Shown here: one piece after another, positions 1 through 12,600 of the stretch
How positions within the stretch are numbered: the first letter of the stretch is position 1
Layout: each line of letters begins with the position of its first letter
Assembly: GCF_964355755.1 (NCBI RefSeq)
Contig: NC_092673.1
Coordinates: 27,401,648-27,465,647 of the forward strand
Length of the DNA stretch: 64,000 nucleotides
DNA from: Antedon mediterranea
Taxonomy: Eukaryota > Animalia > Echinodermata
Reading direction: 5' to 3'
Notes under the pieces: model-generated
Databases searched by the model: none
What the model saw: only the letters and a program-made list of their open reading frames with translations
What the model was told of the DNA's origin: nothing
Program-made: the position numbers and the translations under genes

Positions 1-143
1 TATTGTTTATACGCGTGTCTTACGTCCGACTATTTTTCAATATTACCTGTTGTGACTTTACTATCTTTCTAAACAATCTGTTCTGAATGGGTGGTTTTCA
101 CTTGTGCTCGGTATACAGATCGGTCAATTTCAAAAGCAAACTG

Positions 144-240
144 CAGAGAACCCCTATTATTAAAGCGACACATTCGGGACCCAACAAATGTCCCTCCTTA
201 ATCTCCTGAAGAGGGGTGTCTCAAATCAGGGGTTTTACTG
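144..240. mobile_element. Degenerate pogo/Tigger-like (Tc1/mariner superfamily) MITE
   Basis: Right end GGGGTTTTACTG followed by TA; left end CAGAGAACCCC is a degenerate inverted copy. CAGT-type ends with a TA flank are typical of pogo/Tigger MITEs. Confidence 0.4.
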
Positions 241-1674
241 TACACAACATATTTAAAAACATACGCAGTACTAAAATCCTGACGTCATCAAGACATCTTT
301 TGAAATAAAACAAAAGGTAGATTGTTGTCTACTGTACAAAATCATCAATATCTAATTTCATACCAGATAACAGTATAATTGGCCTTCATTCCTTACATTA
401 AATCGTTCTCTTCCACTTTTCATCTTCCATTCGATTACTCACCACCCAGCAGAAGTTAATGCGGTTTTTTCGATACATTATATAAAATAATTTGATGTTT
501 GTTTTCGTAAGATTGAGCGGTAGAAATGTATTGTACGGTATGCAAGATCTGGAAGTTGATAGTGTCAAAGATTCGTTTTCCGATGGGAAAACACCAATGG
601 ATTTCTTTTTCTGTTTTGTCACATTCCCATTCTCAAGGTTTGATCGTTCACTGGAAATACTTTTTAGCACGTTTCTCTCAAAACGGTATGTAGCTTGTGT
701 TTACTTTACCAAACGATGCTCCTAGGCCCAGATGACTACCCACGTGGTGTTGGCCAGAATAGACGGGACGCTCCTGGAGGGACTGCCTGAAGGAGTAACT
801 TCTATTCGTTGGCCTACCATGCTTTCAAGTATTGGTTTCGTGGGAACGCTGTAAAGGTGGTGTAGATTTGTTATTTTCAACCCTTTAAACTGTAAATATT
901 GCAAGAGGCCTGAGGAGAAATGAAACAGTATCACTGACCGGGACTAAAATAAACCGGAGAATGCACCAAGTTAACACTCTTTGATAAAACCGCGTGAGGT
1001 ATTAAATAAAAATGATAATACTATATTTATCTCATCAACAGAAATATCTTTTAGGCCTTCAAATATTTAAGCATTTCTGTTCAGTGTAAATTATAAGGGA
1101 ACAATATTTATAGTAAAGTTAGGCCTGTAGATTTCTGCTAGGTCATGCTGGAATAGCCCTGCAGATTTTACAAGGACTAAGATCATTTCTCTCCACAGGA
1201 GTGGTAAATGATATCATGTCAATCCAGGCTTCCGAATGCTCTCGTTAACCGGTATTTTTATGTGGTAAACAACGTTTGAAAAACATTGGTATTATTATGA
1301 TTACAAATATCTGAAAACATGTTTGTGAACTAGGTTCTTTCTCTTGATAAAATATTACGATTAATAATTATTATTAGTAAGGAAAAACTATTTTCCTAAA
1401 AACACAAATATCTTTGATGCCTAACTAACAAGGCTGCAGTCGCGTGCTCAAGTTAGTGTTTACCGACCGACAGACCAACATAGTGAGCTGTAAAAATATG
1501 GAGCTATATATCTGACAGCATTGTTATTATTAAAACCTACAATTAGCCTACAATACTAAACCACTTTGATGCAATTATTTATAAAGCATCGTGTAACCCG
1601 AAATCTAAAGTCCACAAGTTTCAGCAACAATCCTAAATCCACTCATCGACATTTTAGGAACACAGATGAATCTA

Positions 1675-1823
1675 AAGCTCTGTCTACACTATCAAACTAG
1701 TTTGACAAAAAAGTGTGATGTACCCAAATATGGTAGTGATATGCCCAAATATGGTAGTGATATAACATCATCATGTCCATATATTGGCACATCACATTTA
1801 GTTTGATATTGTAGACAGAGCTT
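1675..1823. mobile_element. MITE family A (AAGCTCTGTCTACACTATCAAACT termini), full copy
   Basis: TIRs AAGCTCTGTCTACACTATCAAAC / GTTTGATATTGTAGACAGAGCTT with TA on both flanks; internal CCCAAATATGGTAGTGATAT duplication; several other copies in the window. Confidence 0.85.
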
Positions 1824-2308
1824 TAAAATTGACAGGATGTGTGTAGGCGTCTAACAATTGATTGTTTTAAAATGGAGATATTACTATATTTGGTGTTACT
1901 CTCAAACTAGTGTCCAGTCCACCACCAAAACAAGAACAAACAAAGAGGGTTAGAAACCAGTGGATATAAATAGAACCTCGAGATGAGTATCGACAAGATA
2001 CGATAATTGAGTAGGTGTCTGACAATTTATTATTTTTAATACTATTATTTCTATATTTAGTAAGTTGCCAGTCCACCAAACAGAAAACACTAAAACAAAG
2101 AGTTTCTCGCAGGAAGTGGACCTGGTGATACCTTGATGAACTTAGAGAAAGTGAGCCTGATATGGCGATTTAGTGCGATATTATTAATACCAATTATGGC
2201 GAATGAAACTTGGGGTTCATAATGACCAACTTAATGAGGATGGGAAAATGAAGCGGTTGAAAGATCATAAACAGTACTTGACCACCACCAGTCGTGCCAA
2301 TAGTTTAA

Positions 2309-2854
2309 AGATGTATTGTCCCTTGAAACACAAAAAAATGAAAGTCAAGATATTGTAAATTTGAATTGGCCATATCAAAGTAATATTAAAGTTATTCACG
2401 TTAAGTCGAAAATTCGAGCCAAAAACATCAAGTTTACGTAATTAACAGGTAAATTAGTTTGATTACATTTCGTCTGGAAAATCGTCACAGCAAAAGTAAA
2501 CAAAGATTTCAAACCACGAGTGTGCATTATGCATGATACTAATTAGGATTGTTTACAACTCGTCACGGTTGAGAAGGTGTTTTTACACAGATCGCGAGGA
2601 AAGTTTTATGATTATGCATACAGAGTAGCCAAACAAGCGCGTTGCATTATGAGATATATTTTGATCGAAAACTTTGACTGGAAGTCAAAGTTATTTTTTT
2701 AACAAAAAAACGTCTGTATTTCAGTTAAAAATTTTTTTTTCAACTAATTTTTGGTGAAAGTTAATATTTATTATAATACTTCAAAATTACCCACTTTTTT
2801 TTTAAATATTTTTGTAAAATTTTTTTTTTAATTAGTCAAAGGGACAATACATCT
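2309..2854. mobile_element. Non-autonomous Kolobok-like DNA transposon
   Basis: Perfect 14-bp TIR AGATGTATTGTCCC...GGGACAATACATCT flanked by TTAA on both sides (2305-2308, 2855-2858). TTAA TSD with purine (AG) termini fits Kolobok rather than piggyBac. Confidence 0.75.
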
Positions 2855-2963
2855 TTAATGTTTTAACCTAATCATGATTGAGATATTCCAGTGCCTACTC
2901 ACAGGGAATGTTGAAAAGCAGATGGGGATTTTCTAGCTCGATATTTATCTACAGGAGAACCTA

Positions 2964-3123
2964 TCTGTCTATACACTATCAAACTGTATGTGATAAAAAA
3001 GTGTGATGTGCCCATATATGGACATGATGATGTCATACCATTACCATATTTGGGTATAACACTACCATATTTGGGCACTTAACACTTTTGTTGTCAAACT
3101 AGTTTGATAGTGTTTACAGAGCT
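2964..3123. mobile_element. MITE family A copy (opposite orientation)
   Basis: TCTGTCTATACACTATCAAACT...AGTTTGATAGTGTTTACAGAGCT; homologous to 1675-1823. Confidence 0.8.
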
Positions 3124-3949
3124 AATGGAGAACCTTAGTTTATACTAAAGTGGTGTATGAAACCACCATGAAACGAATGTGTATGACCGAAAAACGAAAC
3201 GAAGCCCGGGGTTTTCTTCGTATGAACAGAGCTTAAGTTCTAGTAACATTTAAACTTGAAGAAAAAGAGGAGTTGAATGAAACATCTTTACATTAATTTT
3301 AAACTGAATTTGATTTCATATTTTTTTAATCAAACGATGTAAACATATATTATACCTTTGAACAAAGTGGTACCAGTAAATGCAGAAGATTCTGGTGCGA
3401 TTTCTGCGGGGCTGTTTCATGTAAAAAAAAAAAATATATATTTAAGGGTCTCCGAAACGACTAATACACTTTATCTCCATTATACACAAAGCATTAGGTT
3501 AGAATAATGAACACAAACGTGACAAGTTTCAATCAGAATCTGAATGTTTGTCGTAAAGTAGAAGTTAAATTTTCAAGTAGTAAATAAAGATAACTGTATC
3601 AAAAGAAAACTAGAAGGAGGTCTAGGAATCCTTAGTGGTGTCATCAATTCTTTTTGATAAAGTCAATCGCTAGACAATTAATCACGTGACCCTTAATTGG
3701 TTTGATTAATGAGGTGCTTAATTAGCCACTTCTACTGAGTGCTCACTCGACACAATAGCTTGTCGCGTGGAACTATGATATTCTCGTCATCATTATCTAT
3801 TATAATTTAGTCGCGTGCCAGAATGCTGGTAAGTATTTTTCGCGGTAATTCACACTTTTTAATCGTCTGCTCAAAAACACTTTTGTGCAATTACAAAAGA
3901 CTATATAGGCCTACAGTTAATATTAATATTGTTATAGATGGGGAGGATT

Positions 3950-4200
3950 ATGGTTGTCATGTTCATGATTGTCATGATATTAATGATGTCAGAAAATATG
4001 ATTTTGATGATGTAAAAAAGATGATGATGATGTTGACAGTGATGATGTAAATATTAAAAGTTGATGATGATGATGTAAATAAAGATGATGATGATGTTGA
4101 CATTGATGATGTAAATAAAGATAATGTTGATATAATATGATGTCGATAAATATGACTAATGTTGATAGTGATGACGTATATAAATGAGACGAATTGTAAT
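3950..4200. repeat. Degenerate (GAT)n low-complexity tract
   Basis: Runs of GATGATGAT interspersed with GTAAATAAAGAT units. Confidence 0.75.
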
Positions 4201-4780
4201 ATGATACACCGAAGATGGGGTGTGGGGTGGCACCAACGCAACAGCGAATGAGGAGATGACTACAGTTATTGATTAAGAAGTACTATCAGTCTACAACCTA
4301 AAATTAAATTCAACAAAAAAATGAGCGAGAACAGACCAAGCTATTATAACATTTTTTTTAATAGGCTTGTTTCCTATTGTTAAGTTTCATGTAATCGTTA
4401 TCTAATATAGCACAATGTGGCTTCTATAGAGAATCTAGGTTGCTTATACATGTCATACGTGAAAACTTATGTCATCACGTATCCATGGTGACGTTAAACA
4501 AAACATAATCAAGTTGATGTTAATTGTAAAATGAAACGACAGACTAGCGGTAATGTTTGTAAATTACGCGTGCCAAGTATAATGTTTACGAATACCTATG
4601 GTATATCGTACAAATGTCCTTATAAGGGAGTACCACAATTGGTACAAATTAAATAGGGCCTATTAGAATAAACAATCAAGAAAGTCAGTTGTGAGCATAT
4701 CAATCGAAAATCGAGTAATTGACTGCAGATAACTTTCTACTACACTAACTTATTACAACCGGTGTGAAGGCGAGTCTCTA

Positions 4781-5103
4781 AAGCTTGGTTCCCACTGGGA
4801 CGCAACAACGCAAGCGCAACGCAAGTAATTTGACCAATCACAGGTGATGAATTATTCCAACTGCGCTTGTTGTTGGTCAATTCGCTTGCGTCCTTGCGTT
4901 GCGCCCTAAAGCTTGGTTCCCACTAGAACGTAACGCAAGGACGTAAACGCAACGCAGGCGTTTTAACCAATGACAAGCGAAGTTATAGACAGTTAGCAAT
5001 CACAAGCGAATAAGCCATCGCTTGTGATTGGTCGATTCACTTGCGTTGCTTTACGTCCTTGCGTTGCGTCGCTTGGGAACCAAGCTTTAGTGGGAACCAA
5101 GCA
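4781..5103. mobile_element. MITE family B (AAGCTTGGTTCCCACT termini), two nested copies
   Basis: Outer copy starts at 4781. Inner copy 4909-5087 is flanked by TA and interrupts the outer right TIR (CCC TA [inner] TA GTGGGAACCAAGC). Confidence 0.85.
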
Positions 5104-5240
5104 TTATTCTTTCTAAACGTGTGGAATCCGTACGTCGCTGGCGGTCATTGTACCGGCTTTAGTATTAGTACCTCGCTATAGTATTTTCAACCCGGTACTA
5201 TTTAGGCTATATCACTTCAATCGGGAATTGTTAGTCAGAC

Positions 5241-5297
5241 CATGTAGGTATAAAAATAGATCTATTTTTAAAATAGATCTATTTTTATACCTCCATG
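5241..5297. mobile_element. Micro-palindromic CA...TG insertion (57 bp)
   Basis: CATGTAGGTATAAAAATAGATCT...AGATCTATTTTTATACCTCCATG near-perfect palindrome; flanks GTCAGAC/GTCTGAC; same family as 44176-44213. Confidence 0.6.
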
Positions 5298-5358
5298 GTC
5301 TGACAGAAGTAAAGATGGGTTTACACTGAGCCCTCAGTGAGAACGTGTCTGACACAAG

Positions 5359-5402
5359 TAAAGGTACGTTCACATTGAGCCCTCAGTGTGAACGTAGCTT
5401 TA
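5359..5402. repeat. Short TA-flanked hairpin (mini-MITE) with a partial tandem duplicate upstream
   Basis: TAAAGGTACGTTCACATTGAG-CC-CTCAGTGTGAACGTAGCTTTA inverted repeat; similar sequence at about 5310-5347. Confidence 0.55.
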
Positions 5403-6229
5403 AGGTGGGTTAAACAGATCTGGGAATCAACTGTGTTTTCATATGGGAGTTTAATAACCGCTGTAGATATAGGTTATCACTTCAATTAACCATCTTTATT
5501 GTGTAAACAACTGTTATAAGTAAACCGATAGGTTTAATGTTACAAATTTAAATTAATTAATTAAAATATTATTTGAAATCTTCTGTAACTGAAGACCAAG
5601 GTGTTCACTGATAATTAACACGTTGTTTGTTATACCATACTCTTACAAAAATATTTGTTAGACAAAATCTTCACCTTCGAAAATGGCATTTTTATAGTAA
5701 ATTTACTAAATAGAAAAGTTTCTGATACTCGATACGCAACCCCGCGTCTGTAGCGGAAATGTTTTCTTATTTAAATCGGAAAAAATGTGTTGTTTTAAAA
5801 AAAAATAGGAAATGTTTTTTATTACTCCAGTTGGTTGTTATATTTTCTTGGTTACTTGACACTGTTGTTCGTAAACGTTTTATAGAATGGAGTTCTTGTT
5901 TTAATTGTGCGTCTGTGTTGATATGTTTTAACCTACACTATTGTGTTTTTCTGCTTATACTATTTAGCACAACGGTCGCTTGTCCTGTCGATTGTACTAG
6001 GCCTTTTGGAGTTTAGTGAAGCTGAAATCATTGTACGACTAGAAAACCGTTTGCTGGCTTCGAATGTGAACGAACGAACGAACGAACAAGTGAAACAAAC
6101 TCTCTACTCGGGTTTTGTTTAGTTTGATTACAACCGAAGTGATTTTATAATAAAATTGCTCAGCTTCATTTAAATAGAAATACAAAGCGAAGATCTTAAT
6201 TCTTGAAACTCCAGATTTGTATGTATAGC

Positions 6230-6330
6230 GACCTACTATCCGCCAATCAGGAGTCGCGGTGGGTGGAGCGTCGCTTATGAGACTGTCAATCAAACGGTTG
6301 GTAGTAAGTTTCGGATTCACGCAATGAGTA
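6230..6330 (+). promoter_or_regulatory. Putative Lhx2/9 proximal promoter
   Basis: CCAAT box (CCGCCAATCAG at about 6240) and GC/GT box (GCGGTGGGTGGAGC) in a locally GC-richer patch about 250 bp upstream of the predicted ATG. Confidence 0.4.
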
Positions 6331-6522
6331 ACTCTTACAAACTGTGAACAACAAGAGTTAAGTCTCAGTCAGCTCAAGCCCTTCCAACTAAATTCATACG
6401 AACGGGACTGACTCGGGTGTCAACACGTACTTCTGGATTATATTGAGGCTAGCCTGAAAAGTTTCAGCAAAATCAACTTTGCATCAGTTGTTTGAAGAGC
6501 TCTTGATAAACAGAAGCTTGTG

Positions 6523-6618
6523 ATGGGAATGGATGGTGGTGTACCGACTCCTCGAATGAGTAGTTGTATGCGTAGCCCATCGACTCCTCCAAAGTTGTCT
6601 GCAACTAACGGTGTTATG
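6523..6618 (+). CDS. LHX2/9: Lhx2/9 putative coding exon 1 (MGMDGGVPTPRMSSCMRSPSTPPKLSATNGVM)
   Basis: Open 32 codons ending at donor ATG|GTATGT, phase 0 matching exon 2; lies downstream of the promoter-like patch. Not confirmed by homology. Confidence 0.6.
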
Positions 6619-9600
6619 GTATGTAATCAACTTCTTCATTAATAATTTATGTTCTACGTGATTTTAAATGTATATGTCACAATACAATTTATATATTTAT
6701 AATAGTATTTGAAACCGTGTTTTGTATAATGTTGGAAAAGAGGTCCATCCTTTATTACTAAATTCTGTTATATAATATAAGTATATTCTAAGTCACCTAC
6801 AATAGGTTTATAACAATACAATAATATATAATATTGTAACACATTATCCTATGTAATTTAAATAATATTTTTGTTGAAACATTTACTACTTTTTCATAAT
6901 AAGTCAACGTGTTGATAATGTTACAGTCACAATTTACAATTTAATTCAACAAGTTTATTAATTATGGAAAACTATTAACTTATGTAATTTTTTATTTTTT
7001 AACTGATTCCAGTTTTCCTTTTAAATGAAAATAATACACTACTACTGTACTACCACGCTGTATTTGTTTGTATACTCAATTCGAGAGAGGCATAACTCTT
7101 TTGTGACACACTTCAAATTTTATCCTAACCACAAGAAACCTGTTAAAACATTGGGTAACCCACAAAGATGAGATTAATTACAATAGAGACCTCGAAAAAA
7201 CCATGGACGTAAAATAATAAATATTATTATTTGTACACCTTCACAAAGAGGAAGAAAAAGTTAGTTTTGAGGAATACAATTTGTCGAATATGCAAATAAA
7301 ATGAATTATAAATGTTGGTATTGAATACAGTTCAATACAATCAAATTGCAATCATATCAATAGTTCTAAACCTAAAATGCTTGCCTTTAATTTATATCAA
7401 AAAAATAACCTAGATTTTAATCCGTCACATAATAATTTTTAAATTTTCCAAAAAACTAATTTAAAAAAAAACAATTGGTACTGTACGTCATGGGAAACTA
7501 ATAATCTAAAATTACTACTGAAAACAAAAACAAAGAAATGAGAAATAGTGTAAAAAACTAATTTTTGAATTTCTTCTCGTTCGTTCCACGAGAAAGTGTC
7601 TCGTCAATGGGTGTGGAAGGCTTCTATCATTACATCTCGTTTTGTGTATTATGGTAAAAACGTAAACATATATATGAAGAGAGTGGTTAGGCCTAATGAT
7701 TTAATTTCTCGGTGTTGTGCACAATGTGATGTTCATTTCAACTAATCATAGGCCTATACATTCATCTTCCTAAACACGCTGGTCAGACAATAGGTTCAGA
7801 CGTGCATATTCTCGGATAAAACGAATACTTAATTATTTAAAACGTTAATAAGTGGAATTCGTAAAACATGAAGGTTAATTTTACATCACAACTGTGTTAT
7901 TAAAGAGCAATACCATTTAAAAATTAACGATATAGTAAAGTACCTATAAAAATGGACCTTGCGTACATTTATTGCATTTTTACTCCGTTTAGTATAAGTG
8001 TTTTGGATGTGGATAGATTGTTCTATAGCGTTGGTCATTTTAGAATTTAATTAATTAATTTAAAGATAACTTAACGGTAATCATAGTGGAAGATATATAA
8101 GGAACACAACTATGCAAACAAGTCATTCTTAGATTGGGGATGTAGATGACAGAAGCGGAATTAATACAGTACAGTAGTAGGCCTACAGTAATAGTATTGA
8201 TTGTTTGTTGTAAGTATACGGTTCTATTCTCGATCTTTCGGTTCGACTCAAACCACTCCAGTACTAGTAGGCTAGATGATGAACTTTCGGAGAATATATA
8301 GTCTGGAATGTGTCTACCACTCAGCTCTTTTAAGGGTTTCTAGTTTTATAGGCTGTTTATGTGATTTTTATTGAGTATGTATCAGGGTTATCCTGAATGG
8401 TGATGCGTTGACTGAAGATCTTTCGTTTTATATAATACTGTAGCCAATGTTTATTTACAAAACGAATGACTGCAATAGACGTGACGAGCTTCAAACGTGG
8501 ACTACACTTTTTTATGTTTAGTTAAGGAGTTCGGCACTCCAGAAGGTTTAACACCGGTAGCCCAAGTGGTTTAGAAAGGAAATTACAAAATTACATTACT
8601 GATCGTGTTTTAATATCATAACATTTCTCAAGGGAACTTGAATTGTATTATTTTAATTTACGAGTAGGCTTACTTAAGTTATGTCTATCGTGTAGTGGAG
8701 TGTTCAAGCGTTCATAAACTCTGGCAAAATTGGTAATTTTATTAACATTAATTTCATAAAGGCGTATTCTTCAAGTGAGATTACGAACACAGACGGTTAA
8801 CGCACACATACCGGTAACAAACAGTATGTATGATTATAGTCTTTGTACGCGCGCGTAGATATTTTGATGACTGCAAATACAGTACCACCCATTTAAAACC
8901 TGAAAGATATTTAAAACGTCAGTAACCTTTCTCTATTCCCCAGCAATATCAAAACATTTGTAATTTTTCTTTGATGAGAAGAGTAAAGAAACGTTACCGC
9001 GATACTTGCCAAGATTATTTTTAATCAAAAGCAGATAAAGTCACATATCAAACGGAAATCCTAATCCCCCGTACTCGGTTTCTCTAGGCCCTATCTAAAC
9101 ATGTTGAATTATATGGGGACGGGCAGTCTGATTGCTTTCCCTTCGGCTAAAACGTGTAGATCTCCCTTGCCGATGACGCCTCTTCACACTTTTGAAAGAG
9201 TATTTTGATGCCTAAGCCGAGAGAAACAGACAGTTAGGGCTAAATATAAATCGCGGTATCTTTTGTATCCTTGTTACTTTCAATTTAATTTTTTAACCGG
9301 TTATTTCGTCATTATAATTTACTGAAAACGAAACTTGTCAGAGACGAGACGTATCTGATCGAAATTCTTCTGCTATAGCTTCCGCTTATCGTGTTTTGAA
9401 TGTAGCACAGTATCTTTTGATATAACGTGTTTATTAAAGATTAGGATAAGGATAAATATTATACAATAATCATTATTATTATAAAGTTTTTAAAAGGCTG
9501 TTCTTGAGAAAGTGTAGACAGAGCTTACCTGAATAATTCTGGAGTTAAACCTGTGTTTAATAATAAATAAAAATAGAGAAATTAATCAAAATGGTCTTGC

Positions 9601-12600
9601 AGAAACCATAATTACAGTGAATGTACATACATTGTCAAAATACTAATTATTATGTTTATAGTGGGTGGTAAAATAAGTTTAATATAATGACATTTTAGCT
9701 CTTGAGGTCATAGCAGTTATAGTTTCGATAATCTGACCTATCGGGGTGACCTATTAAATTTCCTTTGACTACATCAGCTATCCGGAATTTGGGGGCATGT
9801 AGTTTATGTTTCTCTGTTATTTCTATTCAGTTTCAATTACGTAAATTGCAAAAAACATACACGCTATTAAGATTGTTGTAGGTGAGGTGATTTACACACT
9901 TCCGTTAAAAAGCTTCCGAATAAGTCCAATCTCCTAAGGCAACAATTTTAAAATTATTATAATTATTATACGCATAAATGTATACAAAATAAATACAATT
10001 TAGGAACACCAACATGAAAAACAATAATTACAAATTGTCATCAAATACTAACAATCGTATATTTTTATATTATCAATGAGTTCAATAAACATTTATTTTA
10101 AAATGGTCATTTTCTTTCATTACAAACAATATTATAACAATAAACACGTGTTACCAGAATTTGGAATAACTTACCCAGTGAAATCCGCAACTTAAATATT
10201 CCTGTTAGTTCTTTTAAAACCAAATTACTTAATTATCTCAATATTAATTTTTTAAATAATTTTGATATTGAAAATGTGTGTAGTTGGTCGCTTTCTTGTC
10301 GATGCTTTTATTGTAGAACGTAATTTATTTATTTTTCTCTGTTCTGGGTTGACCAACTATAGCATAGGTGTTTAAATACTAAATATTAATATTAAACAAT
10401 AATCAACCATTTATATATGACCATTTTAGGGATCAAAATTAGAAGTTAAACTTGTCTCACAATGACCCCCCCCCCCCCCCCCCCAAAAGAGGATATATAC
10501 AAGCTTAACAGGGGTATGAGTTTATTAATAGAATTTAAAAAAAAATAAAAACATACTAAATGTAATGTCATCATTTAATATCATTAAATCAGCAGTTTTT
10601 AAAGCGAGTAAACTAGTTGCTAACAGCGAAAAGCAAGCATGTGGCTAGCTAGAATTGCAGCGTATCTATCAGCCACACTTTGTCTTCAAGGCGGCGACAC
10701 TGTCAACGCACGAGCGCGTCAACTTTAATCCAGCTATCCGGGAAGGCTGAAGGCTAAGCTTTAAAGCTCTATCTACACTATCAAACTCTATGTGACAAAA
10801 CAATGTGATGTGCCCATATGGACATGATGATGTCATATCACTACCATATTTGGTCATATTACTACCATATTTGGGCACATGTGGAAATATCTTAAGCCTT
10901 AAGATTTTGAAAAGATTTGTTCGATGACGTTTGAAATGTTGTCTTTTGCCCTACCCCCATGTTTACAGATTTCCTTCCTCAAACTAGCGATATCAGCGTG
11001 GGCCTTCCTCGATTCTACATTCAATAATTTAGCTGTTAACATTGATTGTTTTGATGAAGAAAAATTGTAAATGGCAAAGGCTTTTTACAGATCGGAACGG
11101 GTTTAATGGTATTTAATTAATTATTCTTTTAAATATTTTGTATGGGGTATTTAACCGTGCAACGAAGTCTCTGACCTAGTATAAAACGTAATTAGCAGTA
11201 TTTAATTATTATAAAGTACGGAATATTGACTACATTAAATCAGATTCGACAATTTACTTGTTTAGCCCTTAAACATAGTACACCCTAGGATTAAAACTAT
11301 ATTTGTAGCTGTTTCGTATAATCATTATTTGCTTTGGTATATAGTATAGTTGACTAAAGTATTAGTAAACCTATATCATGCATTGTTAATTTATAGGCAT
11401 TGTTCTTTGCCTATTATTCACGTGACAAATAACAAGTTGAGTGAAGTCGTCACAATAAAAGCTCTGTTATATTGACATTCTAAGAATGACAATATTTACA
11501 CAGTTTTTGTTCTAATAGAGTAGCAGCTTAAGCCCCTTTCACACAGAGCTGTAAGACGGTAATATTGCGGTAATTCGCGAACGCCGGCTTATGTGTGAAA
11601 GGGTAAAAACCCCTTAATGCCGGCTTCCGTTAGACCGCCTCTGGACCTAGTAAAATTGCGGTAATATTACCGTCACGGTCGTAAGCCTGATCTGTGTGAA
11701 AGAGTCCACGATATAACGCCTGCTTACGCAGTGAAGCAAGGCAAAGAATATATATTCTTTGAGCAAGGATAAATTGGGGACATTTTCCTTGATTGAGAAA
11801 GACTGTGGCAATTACTTTAGGCCAAATTATTAGATTATATCCATTATATTATATATTTTTAGGTTAGTTTGTAAATAATACAATGGAAGAATACGGCCAA
11901 TAATAATAAAAATATAACAGATGTTGGTCCAAAGATTATACTTGCTGTAACGTACGTAAGCCTAGGCCCTAGTTAGCATAGTTCTAGCAGGAACATCCTC
12001 CGGTGCGCGCTCCCGGTGCTAGCTCATAACCGCTTCTGATAATTAAATTCGCGTCTATTTGTAGGCCTAATAGATTTTGTTTCTGTAGAATGGCCATCAC
12101 GATCGGGCAGTTATTAGCACGGAGTGGTGTTGGGCAAAAATATAGATTTTATGCATCGTAAATAAAAAAACTAAACGACGGACACACAAAACAACATCAG
12201 CAAACATGTGCGCGCATGGCATGTTTTGTGCAGGTGCCCGCCATTTTCTTTTCTCAAAAAGTGCGACCTCTATTTTATGAAGACAGTAAACTTTAAATAT
12301 TGCGCCTTTCCACTGTGGCCTTTCACACAGAAGACGGTAAAATTACCGTAATATTACCTTCTGTGTGAATGGGTTTAGACCGGCAATAACGCCGGCTTGC
12401 TTACCGCAATATTGCCGAAGTTCTGTGTGAAAAGGCCTTTAAACTGCTAAAAACAGCAAGATGTTTGTCAAATGAAATCTGAACTAAACTGTTGCTACTG
12501 ACGTTCACAACCCATTCAAAAGGCTCTATTATGTGTAGAATGAAGAGGGTGGAAAATGTTCCACATTTTGAGGCCATCAAGGCCATCACGAAGACACAAT

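Noticed and set aside
3823-4241. ORFs with poly-Ser or Met/Asp runs
   Set aside because: Artefacts of the (GAT)n low-complexity tract.
10466-10484. Poly-C tracts here and at about 19283-19302 as G-quadruplex elements
   Set aside because: Simple homopolymers with no supporting context; their length is unreliable in assemblies.
10669-10878. 69-aa ORF (also 24153-24341)
   Set aside because: Translations of MITE family A sequence, not genes.
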